Shown here: in pieces, positions 30,755 to 39,929 of the stretch | How positions within the stretch are numbered: position 1 is the first letter of the stretch | How the letters are laid out: each line of letters begins with the position of its first letter | Made by a program: the position numbers and the translations under genes | Notes under the pieces: generated by a model | Seen by the model: only the letters and a program-made list of their open reading frames with translations | Told to the model about the DNA's origin: nothing | Databases searched by the model: none | DNA from: an uncultured Eubacteriales bacterium | GTDB taxonomy: Bacteria; Bacillota; Clostridia; Oscillospirales; CAG-272 | Assembly (NCBI GenBank): GCA_949747515.1 | Contig: CATKFO010000086.1 | Coordinates: forward strand, 1,208-65,207 | Direction: 5' to 3' | DNA: 64,000 nt

Positions 30755-31748
30755 GCCGTCGTCCGCCTTTACGTCGTATTAGTATAAACGCGAAGGCGGG
30801 GCCTCCGATAATCGCCATTATTATTCCTACAGGCAGCTCGTACGGACTAAAAATCATTCTTGCGGCTAAGTCGCATAGCGTAAGGAATCCTGCGCCGAGG
30901 AGCGCGGAAAATGGGATCAGACGGCGGCTCTCGTTGCCTACGACGCGGCGGGACAGATGCGGAACAATCAGTCCGACAAAGCTAAGCATACCGGCAAAGC
31001 TGACTGCGGCTCCGGCAAGCGAAGCGGACAGAATCAAAAATATGATTCTATAGCGTCTGACTGAAAGTCCAACTGAATGAGCCGTTTCATCTCCGAGAGC
31101 CACTACGTCGAGTTCGTTGAACAGAGTGAAGAGGAGTATCAGCGAGATAGCGATAAGCGCCGCCGCGGGCAGCAGTCTTACATATGATACCGACGAAAAG
31201 CCGCCTACCCTAAACTCAGAGCTCATAAACGCAGAATCGGGACGAAGCGTAGTAACAGATTCCCTAAACGCGTTTAATATGCTGTTTAGCGCGACGCCGC
31301 CAAGCACGACGGTTGTTTTTGAAGCTCCGGTCCTTCCGGCGAATATAGTTATGATCATCGTCGCGATAACGCTTCCGGCAAAGGCCGAGGCCGACACCGC
31401 CCAACCGGAAAGAATTCCGGAGGCGCAGCATAGAGTAACTCCCAGTCCGGCTCCGGCGTTAACGCCGATCACTCCAGGAGAGGCTAAATTGTTGGAAAGA
31501 ACGTTTTGAAGTATAGCGCCGGCGACGGATAACGCCGCGCCTGCGGCAAGACAAGCTATGGTTCTTGGCAAACGCGCGTATTTTAATATGTTTACGCAAG
31601 CGCCGGTTTCTCCTTGTATGAGCGCGGCGAATATCTGCTTAGGCGTAAAATTTATGCTTCCAAGGCAAAAGCTTAGAAGAGCGGAAAGGATACAGACGGC
31701 CGCCGCGCAGATAATCAGGAACCAAAATCTCCCGTTATTTTTCTCCAT
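30747..31748 (-). CDS. FecCD/BtuC-family ABC permease
   Basis: 333 aa with ~9-10 TM segments and a typical FecCD-family sequence (LPRTIACLAAGAALSVAGAILQ). Confidence 0.9.
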   Translation of the reverse strand: MEKNNGRFWFLIICAAAVCILSALLSFCLGSINFTPKQIFAALIQGETGACVNILKYARLPRTIACLAAGAALSVAGAILQNVLSNNLASPGVIGVNAGAGLGVTLCCASGILSGWAVSASAFAGSVIATMIITIFAGRTGASKTTVVLGGVALNSILNAFRESVTTLRPDSAFMSSEFRVGGFSSVSYVRLLPAAALIAISLILLFTLFNELDVVALGDETAHSVGLSVRRYRIIFLILSASLAGAAVSFAGMLSFVGLIVPHLSRRVVGNESRRLIPFSALLGAGFLTLCDLAARMIFSPYELPVGIIMAIIGGPAFAFILIRRKGGRRHG

Positions 31749-32694
31749 ATAGGATATTTTCTACCGTTTCATAAGCCTCTGCCCAACGGGCGTTAGGCTT
31801 TAGGTTATACAGACGCTTGTCCATATAGTAGACCTCTCCGTTTTTAACCGCGTCAAGCTCTTTCCAAAGAGGGTTTTCATCAAACATTTTTTCTACGTTT
31901 TTCCGAATACCGTCGAGATCGTCTCCGGATTCAATAAAAAATATTTTGTCCGGATTTGCAATTACGATGCTCTCTATGTTGAGGTTTTCAAGAAGAGTAT
32001 CGTCGCCGTCCGCTATATTGACGCATCCGAATCCATTGAGTATTTCTCCTAAAACGGTAGACGAGCTGTTCTTCGCTCGTATGCTGGCGGCCGAAGCACG
32101 CATAACGAGAGCTGTTTGCGGTTCGCGTCCGCGTTCTCGCTCGACGATTTCGTCTATACGCCTCTGCAGCTCCGTTCCATATTGCTCGTATACCTCCGGT
32201 CGACCGGTAATATCCGAGCATATTTTGAGCATCCTGAGATAATCGTCAAAATTTGTTACGTCAAAGTACGCTACGGCTATTCCCGAGCTTTCGAGCGCGC
32301 TTTGCCATTCGAGATGCTGAGGCGTATTTGTACTGGCTATTACGAAATCCGGGTTAGCCGACAGAAGCGCTTCAAGACTAAGGTTTTTTGTTCCTCCGAG
32401 ATTTACGGCGTCGTCCGGAATCGGAAGATCGAAATCTTCCCAAGCGTCGTCCGCAGACGCGCATATCGTTCCTCCGGCAAGATACCAAATATCAGCGTAG
32501 CTTCCGAGAAGCGCGGCGACACGCTCCGTCGATTTAACCGACACGGCTCTTCCAGCGTCGTCGATAAATTCATACGACGCGTTATTTTCTCTCAATTCCG
32601 TTTCGGATGACATTGGCGGTCTTTCGTCGCGGGCGCATCCGAAGACAGATAAAAGCGCGGCCGCAGAGATCAAAGCGGAAGCGATTCGTTTCAT
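31735..32694 (-). CDS. Periplasmic-binding-protein (BtuF/FhuD-type) lipoprotein of the ABC importer
   Basis: MKRIASALISAAALLSVFGC lipobox with ATG at 32694. Class III SBP-like sequence. The gene overlaps the permease gene. Confidence 0.85.
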   Translation of the reverse strand: MKRIASALISAAALLSVFGCARDERPPMSSETELRENNASYEFIDDAGRAVSVKSTERVAALLGSYADIWYLAGGTICASADDAWEDFDLPIPDDAVNLGGTKNLSLEALLSANPDFVIASTNTPQHLEWQSALESSGIAVAYFDVTNFDDYLRMLKICSDITGRPEVYEQYGTELQRRIDEIVERERGREPQTALVMRASAASIRAKNSSSTVLGEILNGFGCVNIADGDDTLLENLNIESIVIANPDKIFFIESGDDLDGIRKNVEKMFDENPLWKELDAVKNGEVYYMDKRLYNLKPNARWAEAYETVENILYGEK

Positions 32695-33096
32695 ATAAGA
32701 TCCTTTCATTGGCGAGTAACTTTGACTTAGTTATGATACCGTCGTTATTTCGAAGATAACATCGCCGGGACAAATGTAATAATTGTTAAAAATAATGAAA
32801 TGCAGTTATTTTCGCCGAATTCTAAAAAAGCGAGAGTAAATTACATAGCGCGGACAAACTAAATTGGCGTGGAAAAAAGGCCGAAAGTTTTGGTATAGCT
32901 TCTTAGAAAGATTTCGCATCATGGGACGCGCGGTCTTCCTTTCCCTTCGCAGAGGGACGCTTTCTACGCGTCGACAATCTGTAAACTTACCTTGAGTCGT
33001 GGGTGGCAGGCCGAAAAATAATTTATTATATTTTGCTGTTTGAATATCGCTGTTTTCAGACTGGGCAAATTATTCTGCCAGATCAAAAATTTTACC

Positions 33097-35658
33097 TTAA
33101 CAGCTTGCGCCGCCCTTTACGTTTTTTTCAAGTATTGACGACTTATCGATATTCGAATTCAGCAGCTTTTCCTGAGCGTAGTCGAATCCAAGCCTGTTTA
33201 TTGTGTCGGCGAGACGTTCTCCGGTAATTCCTTCGTCTCGGAAGAAAAGTATCGCGCGTTCTATTATGTCGAGAACCTCGTCCTCGCTTGTAAATATTTT
33301 GTCAAGAGGCTTGCCGTTCGCAATTTTCTTGCCCCATCTTCCGCCGATAAATATTTTGTATCCGTTCGTATACTCCTCGGTAACGCCGAAAGGACATTTT
33401 GACTTGCACCTTCCGCATCCGTTGCAGGATAAAGAGTCGACGTTTAGCATCCCGTCCTTTACGGTCGCGACTTTTATCGGGCAGGAAGTTTCAACCTGAC
33501 ATTTTTTGCATCCGCGGCACTTTGAAAAGTCGAATACGGGTATTCTTTGACCTATAACTCCAAGATCGTTAAGATCGGGTTTGACGCAGTTGTTAGGACA
33601 CCCTCCCACGGCTATTTTAAACTTGTGCGGAAGGGTAACGCCGCGGTAACCTTTATAGAAGCGTTCGTGTATTTTTCGGCTAAGTTCAAACGTGTCTATC
33701 AGACCGTACTGACACGTCGTTCCTTTACAGGAAACCACAGGTCTGACGAGCGATCCTGTGCCGCCTGTTTCAAGTCCGTTTTGAGCGAGAAACGCGAACA
33801 ACGGATCCAGATTTTCGTAAGGAACTCCTTGTATTTCAAGAGTAAGACGAGACGTCATCGTGATTTCTCCGCTGCCAAAGCATTCGGCCGCCTCGGCAAC
33901 GGCCCTGTGTTCGTCCGCGGTTATTTTTCCGTTTACAGTAATGACTCGCACGTTAAATACGTCGTCGTATCTTTTATCCTGAAGGCATCCAAGGCCTTTA
34001 ACTCTCTTAATTTCCTCCGGGGGGAGCTTACCGTTTGACGGAAGAGTTTTCTTTATGACGTTAAACGCCGCTCCTCCTTCCAGAACCCGCGTGTTTTCAA
34101 ATCCAAGCGCGCGAAGTTTTCTCTGCGTCATGTACGCTCTTCTTCCTCTTCTGCATACAAGCAGGAGTTTTTCGCTTTTATCGTATTTTTCAGCGATTTC
34201 TTCGGGCTTTGTAAGATTGAACCATTCGGCTCCGGAAATCGCCGGAGCGGGATGAACGTCGATGATACGGTATTCCTTCGCTGCTCCATCCGCGTATTCA
34301 GCGGGCGTAAACGACGCGAACCGTCCGGAGAGTTTATTGAAAAGGATTCCGCACGCGGCCGCAAAAGGATGAATAGCCGTTGAGAACGGGGGGGCGTATG
34401 CAAAGTCCATGTTTAGAAAGTCCTCTACGCGGCTTCCGAGTGAAATTCCGGCTACGGCTATATCCGCCATTTTGTCAACGGTCCCTTTGCCGAGAATTTG
34501 AGCTCCGAGAAGTTTGTGGGACGCTTTGTCGGCGATCAGCTTTGTGATGAAGAAAGACGAATCGGGGTAGTAGTGCGCTTTGTCGTCTGAAACGCAAAGA
34601 ACCGTTTCCGTATCGTATCCTTCATCGGCGGCTTGAGACTCGCTCAAACCTGTGCGAGCGGCGTTAAGATCTTCGGATATTTTTACAATCCCCGTTCCAA
34701 GGCATCCGGCGTACGGAGTTTTCTCGCCGCTTAAGTTTAAAGCGAGCGTTCTTCCCATTATATTAGCGGTTGAACCCATTGGAGACCACTGCCTTTTCCC
34801 GGTTATTTTGTTTTTCACTTCCGCGCAGTCTCCTACGGCGTAAACGTCCGGCAAATTAGTCGCGCCATATTCGTCCGTAAGAATACGTCCTCTATGAGTA
34901 TCGATTCCGGAATCTTCGAGAAATCCGGTTGCCGGACGGATTCCAGCCGCAATAATCGCCATATCGGCGGGAATTTCTCCCGCGGTCGTTCGTATTCCCT
35001 CGACTTTGTCGCCTCCCTTTATAGATATTATGGAAGTTCCAGTCATGACGCGCACGCCCGAACTTATCAGACTGCGGCGAACATAGTCGGCCATTTCGTG
35101 ATCGAGAACTCCTTCAAGGAGGTTCGACGCGATATCGATTATAGTCACGGATAATCCCTTTTTCTTCAGATTTTCGGCGACCTCAAGTCCGATAAATCCG
35201 CCTCCGATTATTACGGCGCGACGGCATCCGTACTCCTCGGCGTATTTTCTTGTCCGCACGGCGTCTGCCGGAACTCGTACTGAAAATACTCCCGGCAGCG
35301 AAGCGCCTTCGATGGATGGAATAACCGGTTCGGCTCCTACGGCAATCACAAGTTTATCGTAAGATACCGTGTTTTTTCCGTTTACCGTAACAGTCTTAGA
35401 CGCGGGATCAACTTTTGTAACTTCGCATTTTGTATGAACCTCGCATCCGGTCAGCTTTGAAAACTTTTCCGGCGTGTTTACTGTGAGCTGATCTTCGGAT
35501 TCAATATCTCCTCCTATGTAATAGGGAAGACCGCATCCGGCGTATGAAATATCTTCGCTTTTTGTATAAATTATTACTTCGTCGCTTGTGGATTCTCTTT
35601 TGAGCTTAGCGGCGGTTTTTGTTCCGGCCGCCACTCCGCCTATTATAACGACTTTCAT
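33097..35658 (-). CDS. Tri-modular fusion: FAD/NAD(P)H pyridine-nucleotide-disulfide oxidoreductase (CoADR/Nox-like) + rhodanese + siroheme-type sulfite/nitrite-reductase-like domain with a ferredoxin insert
   Basis: 853 aa from ATG 35658 (GGAGG upstream). Motifs in order: VIIGGVAAG, SYAGCGLPYY, IIGGGFIGLEVAE, GDCAEV; rhodanese loop CRRGRRA; SCKGTTCQYG and GGCPNNC; CRGCKKCQVETSCP and CNGCGRCKSKCP. Confidence 0.8.
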   Translation of the reverse strand: MKVVIIGGVAAGTKTAAKLKRESTSDEVIIYTKSEDISYAGCGLPYYIGGDIESEDQLTVNTPEKFSKLTGCEVHTKCEVTKVDPASKTVTVNGKNTVSYDKLVIAVGAEPVIPSIEGASLPGVFSVRVPADAVRTRKYAEEYGCRRAVIIGGGFIGLEVAENLKKKGLSVTIIDIASNLLEGVLDHEMADYVRRSLISSGVRVMTGTSIISIKGGDKVEGIRTTAGEIPADMAIIAAGIRPATGFLEDSGIDTHRGRILTDEYGATNLPDVYAVGDCAEVKNKITGKRQWSPMGSTANIMGRTLALNLSGEKTPYAGCLGTGIVKISEDLNAARTGLSESQAADEGYDTETVLCVSDDKAHYYPDSSFFITKLIADKASHKLLGAQILGKGTVDKMADIAVAGISLGSRVEDFLNMDFAYAPPFSTAIHPFAAACGILFNKLSGRFASFTPAEYADGAAKEYRIIDVHPAPAISGAEWFNLTKPEEIAEKYDKSEKLLLVCRRGRRAYMTQRKLRALGFENTRVLEGGAAFNVIKKTLPSNGKLPPEEIKRVKGLGCLQDKRYDDVFNVRVITVNGKITADEHRAVAEAAECFGSGEITMTSRLTLEIQGVPYENLDPLFAFLAQNGLETGGTGSLVRPVVSCKGTTCQYGLIDTFELSRKIHERFYKGYRGVTLPHKFKIAVGGCPNNCVKPDLNDLGVIGQRIPVFDFSKCRGCKKCQVETSCPIKVATVKDGMLNVDSLSCNGCGRCKSKCPFGVTEEYTNGYKIFIGGRWGKKIANGKPLDKIFTSEDEVLDIIERAILFFRDEGITGERLADTINRLGFDYAQEKLLNSNIDKSSILEKNVKGGASC

Positions 35659-35883
35659 ATTAACCTCCATCAAACCGCCCTACGGCGGCGCAAATAGTTA
35701 TAAAACTCAATGAATCTGACTATTGGGGGAATTTGAGCGTGAAGCAGTCGCGCAATATCGTATATTTTACGCTAAGCTTTCCGTTGTACTTGTTTTAATT
35801 AGGAGCTTCAAATTCTGTGGTAATTATATCATATAAGCCTATATAAATCAATTAAAAATAATATACCGTCGATTATATATCGT

Positions 35884-35918
35884 AAAAAAATAATCGGGAC
35901 GCCGTATTCCGACGTCCC
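35884..35918 (-). terminator. Intrinsic terminator after the second SLH/beta-helix gene
   Basis: The minus strand reads GGGACGTCGGAATACGGCGTCCC followed by GATTATTTTTTT. Confidence 0.7.
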
Positions 35919-35927
35919 ATATACTAT

Positions 35928-38795
35928 TTACTTTGCAAAGTAGAACTTGCTTCCTCTGTCGCAGCCAAGGGCAGTCCATGTTTTTGATATAAAATCTTCG
36001 GTATAGTCGACGTAGTTATAACGTATTTCGTAACTGTTTGGAGGATATGCGCTGTTTCTGAGGTCAACGTCGGGAAGATGAGCGAACGTGTCGGATAAAC
36101 CGGCCTTACCGCCGATGAAAACATTGTCGCGGCACATTACTCCGTTGTCGTCTCCGCGGTACAGGAACTGCCGACCGCCGTATATGCTAGCGTTGTCCAT
36201 GAAAAATACGTTTTTTTCGACGATAAATCTTTCATGAGTGATCATATCGAGGGCGGAGAGTGAAATGAATGAAGCGGAACGATAGCTCGGTTTGTGTCCG
36301 CCGCCGTCCAGTCTCTGCATACCGTAACGTCTTTCAGGAGCTTCGTTTAAGAAGTAGTTTCCGGAAATCGTCACGTTAGCGCTTACTTCATCGTGAGCAA
36401 GATTCCATATTTCAACCGGCGAGTTAGAGTTTTTAAATACGCAGTCGACAATATCGAAGTCGTTGACGATGCTGATGTCTTTCCAAAGAACCTGAGTGCT
36501 TGCCGCGCCGTCGAATATCTGATTGAAATAGCAGTTTTTTATATGCAGCCCGTCTGCGTTAGCCCAATTTTCAAAGCCGTTGCCAAACCGAGTAATATAC
36601 GCTTCCGGCTCGTAGTTATTGTCGCTTTGAAGCGATCCGCCTATCCATTCAAAGGTACAGTTTTGTACGGTAAAATTTGAAGCGTCGCCGGTAGACAAGC
36701 CGTGACTTCCGGTATACTTGAACGATATGTTGTCGATCATAACGTTAGTTCCGCCCGTCGACACAATGTTTCCTCGCTTTGAAACGATTATTTTATCGAA
36801 CACGTCTCCTGGATTGCCGCCGTTATAGTACATATATACGCTTCCGTCGGTGAAATCGTGGAAGTATTCGAGATTATTTTTCACTACGGAAGGATTTTCG
36901 CACGGAACCGATAGAGTCTCGAATTTTTCAAATCCGTTCGAGGCTTCTCCGATACCGTAAGTAACGGAACCTTCCGCGTAAGGATTCGCGGGATCCATAG
37001 GGATTACCTTTACTCCCCATCCGACGTTGCCCTGCTTGTCGTATACTATAATGTTTCCTACGTCATAATATCCAGGCGAGCTTTCAGGTCCCTTAAGACC
37101 GACGTTTGAGAGCTTCCATACGTTTTTCCATTGAGTCTTTTCCCAGTCCATGCTTCCGTTAACGTCAAGAGCCTCGGTGAGAATAGGTTTGGGTCCTTTT
37201 CCGTACGCGGCGTACGTTATTCCGCTTTCGCCAGGCAGCACGTAATCGCCTGAGAAATTAGTTTTATAGCTTGGATAGAACACGCTTCCCCTTTCGAGGA
37301 ATATTCCGTCTCCGGCCTTTACCTTGGGTCTGAGAATATTGTTTCCTTTAACGTCATATATGTTCTTAAAGCTTTTCCACGGTTTTTCGGGGGAAAGACC
37401 GTCGTTTGAATCGTCGCCGTGTTCGGAAGAAATATAATAGCATGTTCCCTTGATATCGTCTGGCGTTATTGCGTTTTTAGCGTCCAGTATATCGTCGATC
37501 CGCCCGTCCATTTCTTTTTTATAAGAAGAAACGACTTCGTTTGTGGCTTCTCCTATGAACACGCCTTCGTCCCTGCCGCTCTTCAGATAGTCGGACGCAG
37601 AAGAAACGCTGAGAGCCTTCGCGTCTTTTTCGGTTGAAGAGAACGCGATATACATAACGTCCGCGTCGCCTGCTCCCTCGTCGCCAAATGGATAAACGGC
37701 GATTTTTAGGTACGTGCTGTATAGAGATCTGATATTTAGATTTTTGAGGGCGTCCAGTTTTTCTTTTTTATATGGGTTTTCCGCGTTGAGATAGCTTTCT
37801 CTGTGAGAGCGTATAAGGTCGCCTGTTTTAAACAAAGCGGTCGTATACCCGTCGTCTTCCGTGACTGATACGGGGTCTATTTTTTCCGATTCATATACGG
37901 GAGATTTTACCGTCAAATACGGATTGGTATCGGCTTCTGTTTTATAGCAAATTTTCGTATACTCGAGAGCTCCGGCTTCAACGTCGGTTTCAACATAGTT
38001 GATTCCTATGTACCAAGGCGCTGAGAAATATTCGTGCGGGGTGAAGCTCATAACGGGAAGACCGTCTTTCTCCGTAAGCGTGGAATCCATGTTGCTGTAT
38101 ACCGACTCCGGATCGTTTATCATATCGTATGCCGATACGATAGAGGTGGTAGAGCGGGACGCCTTTACAGCCGTGTCAAGTCTCATGAGAATGGCGGCGG
38201 CTTCCGCTCTTGTAAGATTTTTTGAAGGATTGAATCGTCCCGTATCGTCTCCCAATATGATAGACATAAGGCTCAGCTCGTCGACGCTGTCCGCGGCCCA
38301 TTCGGCAATTTTATCGGCGTCCTTGAATTTGCCGGGAACGCGGCGAACCCAATCGATCAAAAGATCGTCGTATGATACGTATCTTGTGATCATAGCGGCG
38401 GCTTCTTCGCGAGACACGTTAACATCCGGCTTAAAGGTATCGTCGTCGTAGCCTTTGACGATCCCCGCGTCTACGGCCCAGCCAACGTATCCGCCGTAGT
38501 ATGAGTTGGCAATTACGTCGGGGAACGTTTCGATTATCTTTTCCTCGGCTCCGCATAATCTTCCGATTACAGTTACGAACATAGCTCTGGACATGGTGGT
38601 TTCAGGCTCGAACGTGGTCGGAGTCATGCCGCGCATAATATTGTTTTCCCATACGTACGATATGGGTTCGCAGTACCAGCTTCCGTCGTTCAGATCGGTA
38701 AACGGCAAGTCTGACTTAGCCGACGAGGCGGGAATGATCAGAGCCGACGACAGCATGGCGAGAGAAAGCGCCGAACACAGAATTTTCTTGATCAT
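35928..38795 (-). CDS. SLH-anchored beta-helix protein, paralogue of the 20776..23613 product
   Basis: Signal peptide, three SLH repeats, CYYISSEHGDDSNDGLSPEKPWKS, and a collinear architecture. I estimate ~40-45% identity to the paralogue by eye in the SLH and motif regions. Confidence 0.8.
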   Translation of the reverse strand: MIKKILCSALSLAMLSSALIIPASSAKSDLPFTDLNDGSWYCEPISYVWENNIMRGMTPTTFEPETTMSRAMFVTVIGRLCGAEEKIIETFPDVIANSYYGGYVGWAVDAGIVKGYDDDTFKPDVNVSREEAAAMITRYVSYDDLLIDWVRRVPGKFKDADKIAEWAADSVDELSLMSIILGDDTGRFNPSKNLTRAEAAAILMRLDTAVKASRSTTSIVSAYDMINDPESVYSNMDSTLTEKDGLPVMSFTPHEYFSAPWYIGINYVETDVEAGALEYTKICYKTEADTNPYLTVKSPVYESEKIDPVSVTEDDGYTTALFKTGDLIRSHRESYLNAENPYKKEKLDALKNLNIRSLYSTYLKIAVYPFGDEGAGDADVMYIAFSSTEKDAKALSVSSASDYLKSGRDEGVFIGEATNEVVSSYKKEMDGRIDDILDAKNAITPDDIKGTCYYISSEHGDDSNDGLSPEKPWKSFKNIYDVKGNNILRPKVKAGDGIFLERGSVFYPSYKTNFSGDYVLPGESGITYAAYGKGPKPILTEALDVNGSMDWEKTQWKNVWKLSNVGLKGPESSPGYYDVGNIIVYDKQGNVGWGVKVIPMDPANPYAEGSVTYGIGEASNGFEKFETLSVPCENPSVVKNNLEYFHDFTDGSVYMYYNGGNPGDVFDKIIVSKRGNIVSTGGTNVMIDNISFKYTGSHGLSTGDASNFTVQNCTFEWIGGSLQSDNNYEPEAYITRFGNGFENWANADGLHIKNCYFNQIFDGAASTQVLWKDISIVNDFDIVDCVFKNSNSPVEIWNLAHDEVSANVTISGNYFLNEAPERRYGMQRLDGGGHKPSYRSASFISLSALDMITHERFIVEKNVFFMDNASIYGGRQFLYRGDDNGVMCRDNVFIGGKAGLSDTFAHLPDVDLRNSAYPPNSYEIRYNYVDYTEDFISKTWTALGCDRGSKFYFAK

Positions 38796-38938
38796 TTTTT
38801 TCTCCTATAGAAAACGAGTTTTTTGCCTGTAAAAGCGGCAAATTGTTATAATATTATATCATGAGTGTAAAAAACTGTCAATGTATTCGTATATTTTATT
38901 GATAAATAAACGTTGAGTAAGCAAAAGATAATTATTAG

Positions 38939-39604
38939 CTAAGCCAATCCGAAATGTTTTGCAATCAGATTGCATACGTCGTCTCTCGTATCTATTTCAC
39001 CGTCTTGCCGAACAACCGTAAAAAAACCGCTGTCCGCGTATTTGTCATAGCGTTTTTTACTGTTAATAAGCGCAAGACAACGCCTGTAATTTTCCATCAC
39101 GCTTTCGGGATTTTCACAACTTTCAATAACGCTGCGTATGAACAATTTTTCGGGGTCTCTTCGGTCAAAAAAACGCTCTACGCTCATAGACTGAGGGGAA
39201 AGCATAACGGCGACATGATTATAATCGGAAATTTCTTTCAGAATATCAACGGGAATATTTGTATCAACAATGACTTTTTTATCCCTTGATATTGAAATGA
39301 GTTCGGCTACCTCGAACTCCGCGGCTTCCTTTCCCGTACTATAGATCCATCGCTCATATTCCTCAGGAGAACGCGTGACAAAATCTTTCCAGTCGGTAAG
39401 ATTTTTTGTGAAACAAATGTCAGGCTGTACATCTGGCGTCGCCACAATATCTGATACCGTACAATGATAGTTTTCTCCGCAAAAAATCATATCATATCGT
39501 TCGGCAAGCATTTTTACTGTCGTTGATTTTCCCGCATAAGCCGTGCCTGTAATGAAATATACGTTTTTTAGGTAATATTTTAAAATGTTATTCTCAATTT
39601 TCAA
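38939..39604 (-). CDS. P-loop NTPase/kinase-like protein
   Basis: Walker A GTAYAGKST. No ATG precedes the P-loop. The likely start is TTG 39604, with GAGGAG 8 nt upstream. AT-rich codon usage. Confidence 0.6.
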   Translation of the reverse strand: MKIENNILKYYLKNVYFITGTAYAGKSTTVKMLAERYDMIFCGENYHCTVSDIVATPDVQPDICFTKNLTDWKDFVTRSPEEYERWIYSTGKEAAEFEVAELISISRDKKVIVDTNIPVDILKEISDYNHVAVMLSPQSMSVERFFDRRDPEKLFIRSVIESCENPESVMENYRRCLALINSKKRYDKYADSGFFTVVRQDGEIDTRDDVCNLIAKHFGLA

Positions 39605-39929
39605 TGTATGACTCCTCTTCAAATTTTAGTTTATCTATCAAGCCCTCTGAAAACGTCGTATTTTCATGGGGTATCGCCTATCTTGTGTTCCAGCCTTATG
39701 TAGTCTACATTGTTTTTACCCTTATGAGACAAAACAATGGAATTTTTATTAATCTGAATATCAAATTCTTTTTCGTCGGGTAATAAGACATATGTGTTTT
39801 TAGAGCGAAATACACCCCACGCACAAATCTACAATTTATACTCAGAGTATTTCGTCTTTGTCACAAATTGCCGTACCTCTTACCTACGAGAACATTCTGT
39901 GAGAAGCAATCGCCTTGCCGGATTCTCTT

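Noticed and set aside
32695-33096. Expected cobalamin riboswitch upstream of the BtuFCD-like importer
   Set aside because: I searched both strands for the conserved GCCACTG / AGGGAA...GGTG.AA.TCC / B12-box elements. I found only loose fragments (AAGGGAAAGGAAG, GATGCGAAATC) in the wrong order and spacing, so I make no riboswitch call.
39640-39830. Protein-like 53-codon frame on the minus strand between the methyltransferase and the P-loop gene
   Set aside because: It has no ATG/GTG/TTG start giving a meaningful length, it is bounded by TAG and TGA, and I could not identify a family. It is probably a gene remnant, but I cannot call it a pseudogene of anything specific.
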